Assembly: GCF_000372725.1 (NCBI RefSeq)
Contig: NW_005201183.1
Span: forward strand, 67,972-131,971
Direction: 5' to 3'
DNA: 64,000 bases
DNA from: Emiliania huxleyi CCMP1516
Taxonomy: Eukaryota
In this document: piece after piece, positions 35,554 to 45,500 of the stretch
Position numbering within the stretch: position 1 is the first letter of the stretch
Layout: each line of letters begins with the position of its first letter
Translations under genes and position numbers: made by a program
The notes under the pieces: generated by a model
Database searches by the model: none
Seen by the model: only the letters and a program-made list of their open reading frames with translations
What the model was told of the DNA's origin: nothing

Positions 35554-38500
35554 TCACGCCATCCCCATGACGAGACCAATGCCCTGCAGCAAGTCCACCG
35601 CGCGTCGCTGCGTGGCCCCGTCGCCCGCTGCGAGCTCCCGCAGCCGCGGTCGGATCGCGTCGAAATGGTCGTAGCACTCGTGGCACCGGCGCGCGCGCGC
35701 CTCGCCGCTCAGATCAACGCCGACGCCGCCAGTCGCCGCCGACCTTGCCGCGGCCACCACCGACCCAAAGCTTGAGAGGACCAGCGAGAGCGCGTCGAGC
35801 GACGCCTCGGCGTGCCTACGTGTTGCGGGAGTGCGTCAGCAGGGGGGGCCGGCGCCGGGGTGGCGCGCGCGCGAGAGGCGCGTCACTCTTCGTGGGAGGA
35901 GGCGAGGGAGCGTCTAGGAGGTGTCTAGGAGGCGTCTAGGAGGCGTCTAGGAGGTGTCTAGGAGGTGTCTAGAAGGTGTCTAGGAAGTGTCTAGGAGGTG
36001 TCCAGGAAGTGTCTAGGGAAGCGTCACTCTTCGTGGGAGGAGGCGAGGGAGTGTCTAGGAGGTGTCTAGGAGGTGTCTAGGGAGGCGTCTAGGAGGTGTC
36101 TAGGAGGTGTCTAGAAGGTGTCTAGGAAGTGTCTAGGAGGTGTCCAGGAAGTGTCTAGGAAGCGTCACTCTTCGTGGGAGGAGGCGAGGAGCTGAGTGAG
36201 CGTGGGCAGCAGCAGCAGCGCCCCCTCCAGGTCTAGCGGGACGCGGCGCAACGTGCCCGTGCGCAACACGTCCACCGTGACGGACGCATCCCCCAGCCGC
36301 GCGAGGTGCTGCAGCATCGCCTGGCGGCAAGGGCCGCAGGAAGGGTCAGAGAAGGAGCCCAATCCCCCCCCCCCCCCGCCCAACCGAGGAGGCTGCAGCG
36401 TCGCCTTGAAGTCGCCCGCCGCGTGGTAGCAGCCGAGAGCCCTCAGCGCCGTCAGCCGCGCCGAGAGGCAAGAGACCTGCAGCGGCGACGGGGCGAGCAG
36501 CGCCGACAGCAGCGCCTCCTCGTCTCGGGGCACAGGGCCGCCCCCTGCCCGCGGCAGGAATGCGGACGGGTCGAGCCCGCGCGCCTCGGACGGGTCGAGC
36601 CCGCGCGCCTCCTCGAGCCCGCGCGCCTCCTCGAGCCCGCGCGCCTCGCCGACCCGCGCCCCGCCGCAGCCGCCCGCCGCCCCGCCCTCGCCACAGCCAG
36701 CCGCCGCGGGCGCGGGCGCCGGTGCGGCCGACGCCGCCTTGCGCGCGCGCGTCGCGGGGTATCGCGGCGGAGGGAGCTGCGCATTCCCCAGGAGGTTCTC
36801 GCTCGACGCGGCAGTCGCCTGTTCACAGCAGTACGTGTGGAGAGACGCTGCTCACACCACAGGAGCTTCCCGCTCGACGCGGCAGCGGAAGCGGGAGTGC
36901 GTCAGTAGGGGGGCCGGCGCCGGGGTGGCGCGCGCGCGAGAGGCGCGTCACTCTTCGTGGGAGGAGGCGAGGGAGTGTCTAGGAGGTGTCTAGGAGGTGT
37001 CTAGGAGGCGTCTAGGAAGTGTCTAGGAAGCCGCCGGCGCGAGGCCGCCGCAGAGAGAGTCTCCCATCGACGTGCCGACCGACTTGTGCCGTCCTCCGGC
37101 GGTGGCGAGCGGCTCCGACTGCTCCGCGCACGCGGCCCTGCAGCCGCCTCCCCCGCGGCCAGCCTCGCGAGCGCCGCCCCCCTCCGCCAGAGAGGCGGCG
37201 GGGACGTCGGCGGCGGCGAAGTCCGCCGGCCTCAAGCAAGCCGCTGTGGCGGCGGCGGCGGCGCCAGAGACAGCTGCAGCGCCGTGGCAGGCGGACCTTC
37301 CGCGCCGGACGGCGGCGATCTGGGCGCGGCAGCCGGCGATCTGCATACGCGCGCAGGCGGACACCGACAGCTCGTCGCCCTCGTCAAGGCCAGCAGTGTC
37401 GGGGCCGGCAGGGGCGGATGCGGCAGGGGCGGATGCGGCAGGGGCGGGAGCGGCGGCGGGAGGGGCGGCGGGAGCGGGGGCCGCCTTGCGAGCGGCGGGG
37501 ACAGGGCGGGAGGAGGCGGAGGCGGGGCGGGAGGAGGCGGAGGCGGGGCGGGAGGAGGCGGAGGCGAGGTGGTTGGCTCCGCCCTCGTGCCTCGCGCCCT
37601 CGCGCCTCGTCCCGCCCTCGAGTCGAGCCGCGCCGGCGGGCGGAGGGTGGCCGAGCCCGCGCAGCTCGTCGAGGCGGACTCCCCACACGGTGACCACGCA
37701 CTCGTGGAGGGCCGCAGCCAGCACCTCCCCCTCTCCTCCCTCCCGCTCCCCTCCTCCGCCCCCGCCGCCCCCGACGATGCAAAAGTCGGACAGCCGCGAC
37801 CAGCGTGTCTCGGAGTGGAGATGGCAGCGGGCGGGCTCCCACCCCCACCCGCGCAGCGACTCCTCGCCCGCCGAGAGCAGCGCGCTCCCGTCTGGCGTGA
37901 AGGCGACCCGCCGCGACCCTCCGCCGGGCTCGGGCAGCGCCGCCCCGACCGGCGAAAACGTCTCCAGGTCCCAGAGGCGGACGGTGCGGTCGGCGGCGGC
38001 GGTCGCCATAAGGAACTCGGTCGGGTGGATCGCGAGAGCGGACACGGCGCCCGCGTGCGTGCAGAGCTCCGTCAGCAGCTTGCCCGCGGTCAGGTCCCAC
38101 AGCCTGACCTCGCCTCCGTCGCAGCCAGAGACCACCCACCGGCCGTCGGGAGAGAAGAGGAGGTTGCGCACGGCGCCGGCGTGGCCCCGGTACGTCTGGA
38201 TGCACGCGCGCTGGCGCATGTCCCACACCTTGAGGTACGTGTCTGCCGAGCCCGACGCGAAGAACTCTCCGTACGGATGCCACTCGACCGTGATGGCGCT
38301 CGAGCGGTGGCCGGTGAGCGTGCGCGCCACGCGGCCGTGCTCGAGGTCCCACATCTTCAGAGTGCCGCCGGCCGAGCCGGCGACGACGGTCCGCTCCGAA
38401 CAGTCGAAGGAGACCGACTCGACGCTGCTGGTGTGGCCCGCGAGGGACAGGATCGCGTTGGGGCGGCCGACCGACCAGAGGTTCACCTTCTTGTCGTCGC

Positions 38501-38609
38501 CACCCGTCACCATCACGCCGCCGGACTTGCGGCCGATGTGCACGCACCGAACGGGGCCGCCATGCGCCACCTGCTCCTGCAGCTTGCGCGGCTGCCCGCT
38601 CGCTGCCAT
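35554..38609 (-). CDS. KATNB1: Katanin p80 WD40 subunit B1
   Basis: N-terminal WD40s ([53 protein letters not shown]) and C-terminal con80-like region ([38 protein letters not shown]). Confidence 0.92.
35910..36160. repeat. Intronic 11-nt repeats (gtctaggaggt)n with interspersed copies of the exon end
   Basis: gcgtcactcttcgtgggaggaggcgagg appears four times (about 35880, 36021, 36162, 36945). Confidence 0.85.
36819..37034 (-). mobile_element. Intron containing family A copy 4 plus a nested templated insertion
   Basis: ggtgtgagcagcgtctctccacacgtactgctgtgaaCAG preceded by a diverged exon copy; 36891-37010 copies 35825-35945. Confidence 0.7.
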
Positions 38610-38817
38610 GGGCGGCAACTGGAGACTGGCGAGACGTTACAAAAAGAAATTTCCGCAAGAATACATATAACCGGGCAGCTTTTGAATTATTTCTCAAGGT
38701 GGGGATTCTTACCCTTTGTTGAAAATAAAATGAACTCGGGGGCACGGGACGCGGCACAAACGGGGCACAAACGCCAGGCTACAAAGACGGGGAGGCACGT
38801 AGTGACGCAGGGGAGTC

Positions 38818-38874
<57 letters not shown>

Positions 38875-39084
38875 TTGAGAGATGAGTGAGTGAGTCAAGA
38901 ATTTAGACAAAAGAACTCTCTCTGTCACAGCAGACAGGCTCGACACAGGTGCGGACTGTAGAACGTCGGGAGAATAGAGGAAAAGCCATAATGACCAGAA
39001 CGGCGCCGAGAGCACGGAGCGGGCAAAATCATTCCTCGCGTGGTGCGCGTCCCCGACCGCTCTTTTGAAGCAGAAACGACAGTT

Positions 39085-40644
39085 ATGGACTGCAGTCCAG
39101 GATCTGACGAGCAAAATCGTCGGCTTACTGACCGGCTAATCTCCGAACGTGTGTCACGTGCGCGCGCAGGGTCATCAGTGTCAGTATCGTCAGAGCTTTT
39201 GAGTCAGGAACCGGAACAGCGTGCACCTACTAGTGAACCAGCTATTACACCCCTTGTGGTTGCTGCCTCCTCGATCACACACGGCCCTACACACATGGGC
39301 GTGCAAAGCGATTTGGATGTGACTGTGGAGCCAGACACAATTCCAGAGCGATTGCTGTTGGGCATGTCGTTGCGCGGGCTCCTCCGCTTGTGCGAATTAG
39401 TTGACTTCAAGCAGTACGTGAAGGTTGGCGTAGCGCCATGCGACCAACCGAGGATATGGCCGATCCTAAAGGACATGACTTATCAGCGAAACGTGTGCCC
39501 CAATGCTCCAGACAGGGCGTTTTGGGCTGACACAGTACCCGTCAGCTGCGGGTACGACCTGATTGCTGCCATAAAGGTATGGCAGGCAAAGATCGGCAGA
39601 CACTGCCAGAAGAAGTCAGTATGCGATTTTCTCTACCACCTCGATCCAGAATCAGAGGAGGGAAAGCAGCTTGATGCAGCGTTTTGGCATCACGAAATTG
39701 GACCCGCTGATATTTTCTACTCGCATGCTCAAATGCTTCCGCTAGACGTGACACTCGGCACCATGGACCCTTCCGCGCCTGAGGCTGCCTACCGCTGGGA
39801 CTCTATCTTCAATAAGAGTCAAGAACAGCATTACGTTCATGGGCCTTGCCACCCGAAGCGAGGCACCAAATATCCTGGTTACAGGTACTGGGTGGATTAC
39901 GTTTGCCTTCGCCAGTGCGGCCCTCCCATTTGTGAGAGCGACTGGCATCTCCCAATGATCCGCGCAATAATCAAGAAGATTGGCCACACCATCGCTGAAT
40001 TTGACGCGCTTGGAGAATATCTGAAGCGCACGAATTGCATCTTCGAGCTGTCCCAATCTGTCGCCCAGGGTAGCAAACTGCGTGGGCACATGTCAGGCGT
40101 CTATCACAAAAACCCGCTGATGAACCTCCTTCCTCATCAGATTCAGGACAGGTGCATGTCAGAGAACTTGATAAGAAGCGCAAATGCCGAGGATGCTACG
40201 CCTTCAGGCTTGCCAGAACGTGAATGGAGCGCAGAACAAAGACGCATGCAAAATCAAATCATGTCCTTCATTGCGACTCAAGGCGGCTTTGAGCTGGTGA
40301 ACCAAGAACTCAACCTTCAGCTCTCAAAGGCTATTCGAGTACGTCAACGCTATCAGTTGTGCTTTGGTTGGGCCATCCTTTTGGCGATCTGCAGCTGGGC
40401 GTGGGCGCTTCGAGACATTACACGCCCCCTGTGGGACTCGGGAGCTAGACGTGCCATGTTTGGTCCGAAATGGGATACCATTGGCACAATACTATCCTAT
40501 TTTGTCGTCAACTATTTCAAGCCGAGGCCTTCTTTCTACGAGCCTTTCTGGACACCGTTGAGTAGCATCTGGCTGTTGACTTATGCGGTGTGGCTCTTTC
40601 TCGCCTTGGCTTACGATCCGTGTGGTTTTTCTCGCTGCCTGTAG
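39085..40644 (+). CDS. Intronless HET/TIR-like domain protein with C-terminal TM helices
   Basis: ADIFYSH, YWVDYVCLRQ, IIKKIGHT, YLKRTNCIFE resemble the SH..W.D...Q..R.WC..E pattern of HET-like domains; visibly lower GC than neighbouring genes. Confidence 0.6.
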   Translation: MDCSPGSDEQNRRLTDRLISERVSRARAGSSVSVSSELLSQEPEQRAPTSEPAITPLVVAASSITHGPTHMGVQSDLDVTVEPDTIPERLLLGMSLRGLLRLCELVDFKQYVKVGVAPCDQPRIWPILKDMTYQRNVCPNAPDRAFWADTVPVSCGYDLIAAIKVWQAKIGRHCQKKSVCDFLYHLDPESEEGKQLDAAFWHHEIGPADIFYSHAQMLPLDVTLGTMDPSAPEAAYRWDSIFNKSQEQHYVHGPCHPKRGTKYPGYRYWVDYVCLRQCGPPICESDWHLPMIRAIIKKIGHTIAEFDALGEYLKRTNCIFELSQSVAQGSKLRGHMSGVYHKNPLMNLLPHQIQDRCMSENLIRSANAEDATPSGLPEREWSAEQRRMQNQIMSFIATQGGFELVNQELNLQLSKAIRVRQRYQLCFGWAILLAICSWAWALRDITRPLWDSGARRAMFGPKWDTIGTILSYFVVNYFKPRPSFYEPFWTPLSSIWLLTYAVWLFLALAYDPCGFSRCL

Positions 40645-41290
40645 TACCCTCAAAAGTCGCGGTTGAGCTATTACCACTGCCCCCCTTTAATGCTAAAACA
40701 ATCTCCATTGCAAGGCGTGCGATACACCAATCCACACACACAAAAGTGAGGCGGAGTAACAAGGGAGTGTGCAACCCGCTCGCACTCGACGATCCACACA
40801 CCCGGACATGGCAGGGGAGCAGGATGCGGGGCGAGTGGAGCTCGCGTCGGGAGGGAGGGGCAGGTGGCTCACACTCATGTGCACTGGGCCTTGCACTTCG
40901 AATGCCGTGGGGCACACACGATCGAGAGAGACTCCCCACTCCCGCCTCTCGTTTGCGTCACACGTCACCACGCGGAACGCATCTCCATCGCCGGTGAAGG
41001 GGGTGAACCGCGCCACCCTCGATCGCCCGTGCAAAGCTCACTTCAGAGCTCTCTCACACACCGCCCTTTAGGGGCCAAGAGAACACACACACCCTCCCTC
41101 TCTCCTTTCTCCCATTAAGTATGCTAAAAGTACACATCCGACTGCGCTGAGTCGGAGGTAGGGTCCCCAAGGGCTCGAAAGCGCGCCTCCCTCTCTCGCT
41201 TTTCTCCCAGACTTTAGAATTTCACAACAAAAGGCGGACGCACGATTTCACACACACTACCCCGCCTGGGGGTGCCCAAGACGCGCACGA

Positions 41291-41532
41291 TTCACAGATA
41301 GGTTGATAAGAAACAGGAGATGCTCACATCGCAGACAGTGAGGGTGTGAGAGGCGGACCTAAGGAAGGTCCTCTACATCTCTTTACCACCCCTGGCCGAG
41401 CTCCCGCTCGACTTCACAGATAGGTTGATAAGAAACAAGAAGCTCACATCGCACAGACAGTGAGGGTGTGAGAGGCGGACCTAAGGAAGGTTCTACATCT
41501 CTTTACGACCCCTGACCGAGCTCCCGCTCGAC
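41291..41532. repeat. Tandem duplication, 122 + 120 nt
   Basis: ttcacagataggttgataagaaaca...gagctcccgctcgac occurs twice. Confidence 0.9.
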
Positions 41533-41733
41533 AGAGTTTGGTACGATTTCTAGCAATGCTCTCCGTCCTCGACATTTGATGCCTGCCTTCACAGGAGTTG
41601 TCGGCACGTCGGCGGCGGCGGCGGCTGATGCTTGGCGAGCACGGCTGGGAACGGTGTACGATTCAGGACCCCTCAGAACGGGGTCTGTTTTGATAGTTCA
41701 CACGAACAAGCGCAGACCTAAGAATGGGACGGC

Positions 41734-43116
41734 ATGACGCCTTTCGTTCGTATGAAGGCCCCGGCGCACGCTCGTCTTCGGATTTTGTTGCTACATCACA
41801 CCAACGCATTAACCATCGTGGCCTTGGGCTTCTTCTCGTTCTGGTACGTTCGGTTGCGCAGAGGCATACAGGATACACCATGCAACGCGTTGCTCGCACA
41901 AAAGATCCTCCGCACAGCGCCGCGAGAGATCTCCGATGGAAGGATAACAAAACTGAACTTGATGCGCAACGCTATTGACGATGCTCTGCTGCTCGAGCTA
42001 GTAGCTGAGATGCCGAGCTCTCTTCTCGCTGGTCTGCAGGTCCTCGAGCTGAGCCACAACCGCATTGGAGACACAGGCCTTGCCGCGCTGCTTCATGAGC
42101 TCACAAGCACAAAAGCGCCATTGCTCCAGAAATTATGGCTCGACAGCAACGTGATTACACACGACGGCGCGGAACACATTCGGTCCTGGCTTGCATCAAA
42201 TTTCAATATCGCCACGCTTGGACTGAGTGACAACCACTTGTGCGACGCTGGGGCAGTTGCTATCTGTGCGGCGCTCCAGAGCAACAGCTCCCTTACGGAG
42301 CTTCGGCTGAAGGGCAATAGCATTAGTGATGCGGCAGCCGATGGACTTATGTCGGTGCTGCGCAACTCACAGAATACCTCGCTCCGCCGGTTATTCCTCG
42401 AACGCAACGCGTTTAGCGAGGTCGTTCAGGCGCAGCTTCGCGATGCTGTCCCAGTGCAATTGAGACTCGATATGCAGCAGCAATTCCCCATTGGCCCGGC
42501 TTTGTTAATATACGTTTGCAGCCCGGAGACGAACAAGTTGCCGCAAGCGCAGAATGAGGTGGCCCAGCTCATGAAGCTAGTGCGCAACACGCACAGCTCC
42601 CTAGCAGGCACCGCGAGAACGTTGCAGTTGCAGCTCAACAACACGCCGCCGCGTTGGTTCCTTTTCTGTGGCCACGCGGACGAAGACTGGGAGGGTCAAT
42701 TCACCCTAGGTTTTACCACGTCAGAGGGTCGTGTCTCCAGAGTTCCGCCGAGGGAGATCGTGACTATCCTCTCAAGCTGCCAGCGTCTGGAGTTGGTCTT
42801 CATCAATGGTTGTTCATCGCACGGGCTTGGCTTGGAGCTTCGGAAGGCAGGCGTGCCCGTGGTCGTTTGCTGGCAAACAGCGGTACTGGATCTAGCGGCG
42901 AGGGTCTTTTGCGTGAGCTTCTTCCAAAACCTTACCCAAAGCTCGACATCATCGGCCTTTGAAGCGCGCTGCCGTTGCGCGTTTCAGCATGCCAGGGTGG
43001 CCGTAGAGGAAGCGCTGGATCGACGTCTTGTTCTTCGTGACCCCGCCAGTGATAGTGAGGCTCCCGAAAAGCGAACACCACCTTATGCAGCGGGGATTCC
43101 AGTGCTGCTTGTCTAG
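41734..43116 (+). CDS. TM + RNI-like LRRs + CHAT (caspase-like) domain
   Basis: LxxLxLxxNxIxDxG repeats, then FLFCGHA (His), LVFINGCSS (Cys) and VVCWQTAVLD.AA..F. The 5' end may be incomplete. Confidence 0.8.
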   Translation: MTPFVRMKAPAHARLRILLLHHTNALTIVALGFFSFWYVRLRRGIQDTPCNALLAQKILRTAPREISDGRITKLNLMRNAIDDALLLELVAEMPSSLLAGLQVLELSHNRIGDTGLAALLHELTSTKAPLLQKLWLDSNVITHDGAEHIRSWLASNFNIATLGLSDNHLCDAGAVAICAALQSNSSLTELRLKGNSISDAAADGLMSVLRNSQNTSLRRLFLERNAFSEVVQAQLRDAVPVQLRLDMQQQFPIGPALLIYVCSPETNKLPQAQNEVAQLMKLVRNTHSSLAGTARTLQLQLNNTPPRWFLFCGHADEDWEGQFTLGFTTSEGRVSRVPPREIVTILSSCQRLELVFINGCSSHGLGLELRKAGVPVVVCWQTAVLDLAARVFCVSFFQNLTQSSTSSAFEARCRCAFQHARVAVEEALDRRLVLRDPASDSEAPEKRTPPYAAGIPVLLV

Positions 43117-43462
43117 CTAGGGGAGAAAAAGCGGAGATCCTAGCTCGCTGGGAGACGTGCGCAACCTAAAGTTGGGAATAGGGGAGAAGTGTCAGTGTGA
43201 GGGGAGGGCGTACGCCGGCGTTTTTGCCTTTGAAAACTGAACAGTTTTTTTGAGGAGTACGACGAAGGCGACGACGCTTTCGACGCGCTCTTCGACGGGG
43301 GCTCGGGGTACGGGTGGGATTCCTCTTCGGGGGGCGGCGCCTTCTTCTAGGCGCCCTTGACCCAACATAGAGGGCCAATATATAAATAAATTTCTTTATT
43401 TATTCCAACATAGATTGCCAGCTTTTGTTTGGGTTAGTTATTTCTTTTCCTCTTTCCTCGCG

Positions 43463-44848
43463 ATGTCCACCCCACAACGCCGCTCCACCCGCCTCGCCGC
43501 CGCCTCCGCCGCCGCCGCACGCTGCCCCCTCACCGACCTGCCCCTTGAGCTTCTCGCGCGCGTCATCTCTCGCTGCGACCCCGCCGACATCGCTCGCGTC
43601 GCGGCCGTCTCGCTGCTCTTCCACGCCTCGCTGGCGCTGGAGGGGATCCGCTTGTGGGCGCAAGAGCGCGGCCTCGAGCTGCCGGCGCAGCCAGAGGACG
43701 AGTGCGTCGTGCGGTGGCTGTGCTTTATGGCGTTGCTGTGCGAGGCCAACCCGCCGGCGAGGGTGGCGGCAGGCTATCGGAGCAGCCTCTTCATCGACGG
43801 CGAGGGGCGGCTCTCGTCGTGCGGCTCGGCGCCGTTTTACGCTCCAGAGCTACTCGGGCACGGCGAGGGCGTGATGCGGCTCAACACGCCGACACGCCTC
43901 CCTTCCCCGCTGGGCGGCGAGCGCGCCGTGAGCGTGGCGGCTGGACACGCGTGGAGTCTCGCCCTTGCCGCCGACGGAGCTGTCTGGAGCTGGGGCTGGG
44001 GAGGCTCTGGCCAGCTGGGCCACGGCGACGATCAGGCCCAGTGGCAGCCGAAGAAGATCGAAGCCTTGACGGGCCAGCGCGTCATCGCCGTGTCGGCTGG
44101 GTCCCTCCATAGCCTCGCCCTCGCCGCCGACGGCGCCGTCTGGAGCTGGGGAGCTGGTCTCTGCGGCAAGCTTGGCCACGGCGACGGGCAGAACCAGCTG
44201 CTGCCCAAGACGATCGAGGTGTTGGCGGGGCAGCGCGTCGTCGCTGTGTCGGTTGGTTACCAGCACAGCCTCGCCATCACCGCCGACGGAGCCGTCTGGA
44301 GCTGGGGCGATGGAGGCCGTGGCAAGCTGGGCCACGGCGACGGGCAGACCGAGCTGCTGCCCAAGAGAATCGTGGCGTTGGTAGGGCGGCGCGTCGTCGC
44401 TGTGTCGGCTGGAGGCAGCCACTGCATCGCCATCACCGCCGATGGCGCCGTCTGGAGCTGGGGCGTTGGAGGCTTTGGCGAGCTGGGCCACGGAGACCTG
44501 CAGGACCAGCTCCTGCCGAAGAAGATCGAGGCCTTCGCCGGGCGGCGCGTCGTCGCTGTGTCGGCTGGAGGCGCGCACAGCTTCGCCCTCACCACTGACG
44601 GGGCCCTCTGGAGCTGGGGCCATGGATACCGAGGCCAGCTGGGCCACGGCGACGAGCAGACCCAGCTGCTGCCGAAGAAGGTCGAGGCCTTTGCTGACCA
44701 GCGCGTCGTCGCCGTGTCGGCTGGACGCGAGCACAGCCTCGCCATCACCGCCGACGGCGCCGTCTTTACCTGGGGCAAGGGCGAAAGCGGCTGCCTAGGC
44801 CACGGAGAGGACCTGTCGAACCAGCTGCTGCCCAAGAAGATCAATTGA
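43463..44848 (+). CDS. F-box-like + RCC1-repeat protein, intronless
   Basis: LTDLPLELLARVIS...IARVAAVS; 52-aa repeats VSAG..HSLA.TADGAVWSWG.G..G.LGHGD. Confidence 0.9.
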   Translation: MSTPQRRSTRLAAASAAAARCPLTDLPLELLARVISRCDPADIARVAAVSLLFHASLALEGIRLWAQERGLELPAQPEDECVVRWLCFMALLCEANPPARVAAGYRSSLFIDGEGRLSSCGSAPFYAPELLGHGEGVMRLNTPTRLPSPLGGERAVSVAAGHAWSLALAADGAVWSWGWGGSGQLGHGDDQAQWQPKKIEALTGQRVIAVSAGSLHSLALAADGAVWSWGAGLCGKLGHGDGQNQLLPKTIEVLAGQRVVAVSVGYQHSLAITADGAVWSWGDGGRGKLGHGDGQTELLPKRIVALVGRRVVAVSAGGSHCIAITADGAVWSWGVGGFGELGHGDLQDQLLPKKIEAFAGRRVVAVSAGGAHSFALTTDGALWSWGHGYRGQLGHGDEQTQLLPKKVEAFADQRVVAVSAGREHSLAITADGAVFTWGKGESGCLGHGEDLSNQLLPKKIN

Positions 44849-45500
44849 TCTGGAACTGGATTGATGAGATGGGTGGGTCGCGCAGTGCCCGTTGGCGGGG
44901 CAAGCGGCGAGGGCGGAGGGGGTCGCCGGGGGGTTGGGATGGATGGGGATGGTCTTTTCGGCGAGCACTACGGTGCTCGCGGATTCGACTGTCCCCCCGA
45001 TCGTGCCCACCCTAGTGCCCACCTTTATGAGGACGACGGCGCCTTCTAAAGGTCCGTCGCCGGCTGTGCTCTTCAGGGTAGGCTCCCTCCGGTGAGGCCG
45101 ATTTTCTTAAACGGTCTTAAAAGAGGGACCCCCCGTGCCTGCAATCTCTTAAATGGCAATTTGAGCCCCCAAACCTCCTCATTTCTTAAAAGGTCTTAGG
45201 GTACCTCCCCCCGTGTTTGTTTGGGTTCTTTAGACTTTACTGAGTTGGTTGGTGAGAAGAATTTTACTACCTGCGTTCTCACAGACCACAGATAGCCCCC
45301 CCCCAAGCCCCCCACCCCCGCCTCTCTGGCTCTGTCTCACCACGCCACCCCTCACACACCTCTATCTACCATGACACGCCTCTCTGCGACACCCCTCTCT
45401 GCGGATTGCGCGCCTGCATTTGTCGGGCAGGAGCGGTGCGGAGAACCCGAGCCGAGAACCGAGAACCCTTTTCCGGCGTCCTCCTCAGCTCCACCTCTCC

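Noticed and set aside
37072..38885. Long plus-strand ORFs (532 and 599 aa), and similar ones at 51024 and 58033
   Set aside because: Antisense shadows of real genes in GC-rich DNA.
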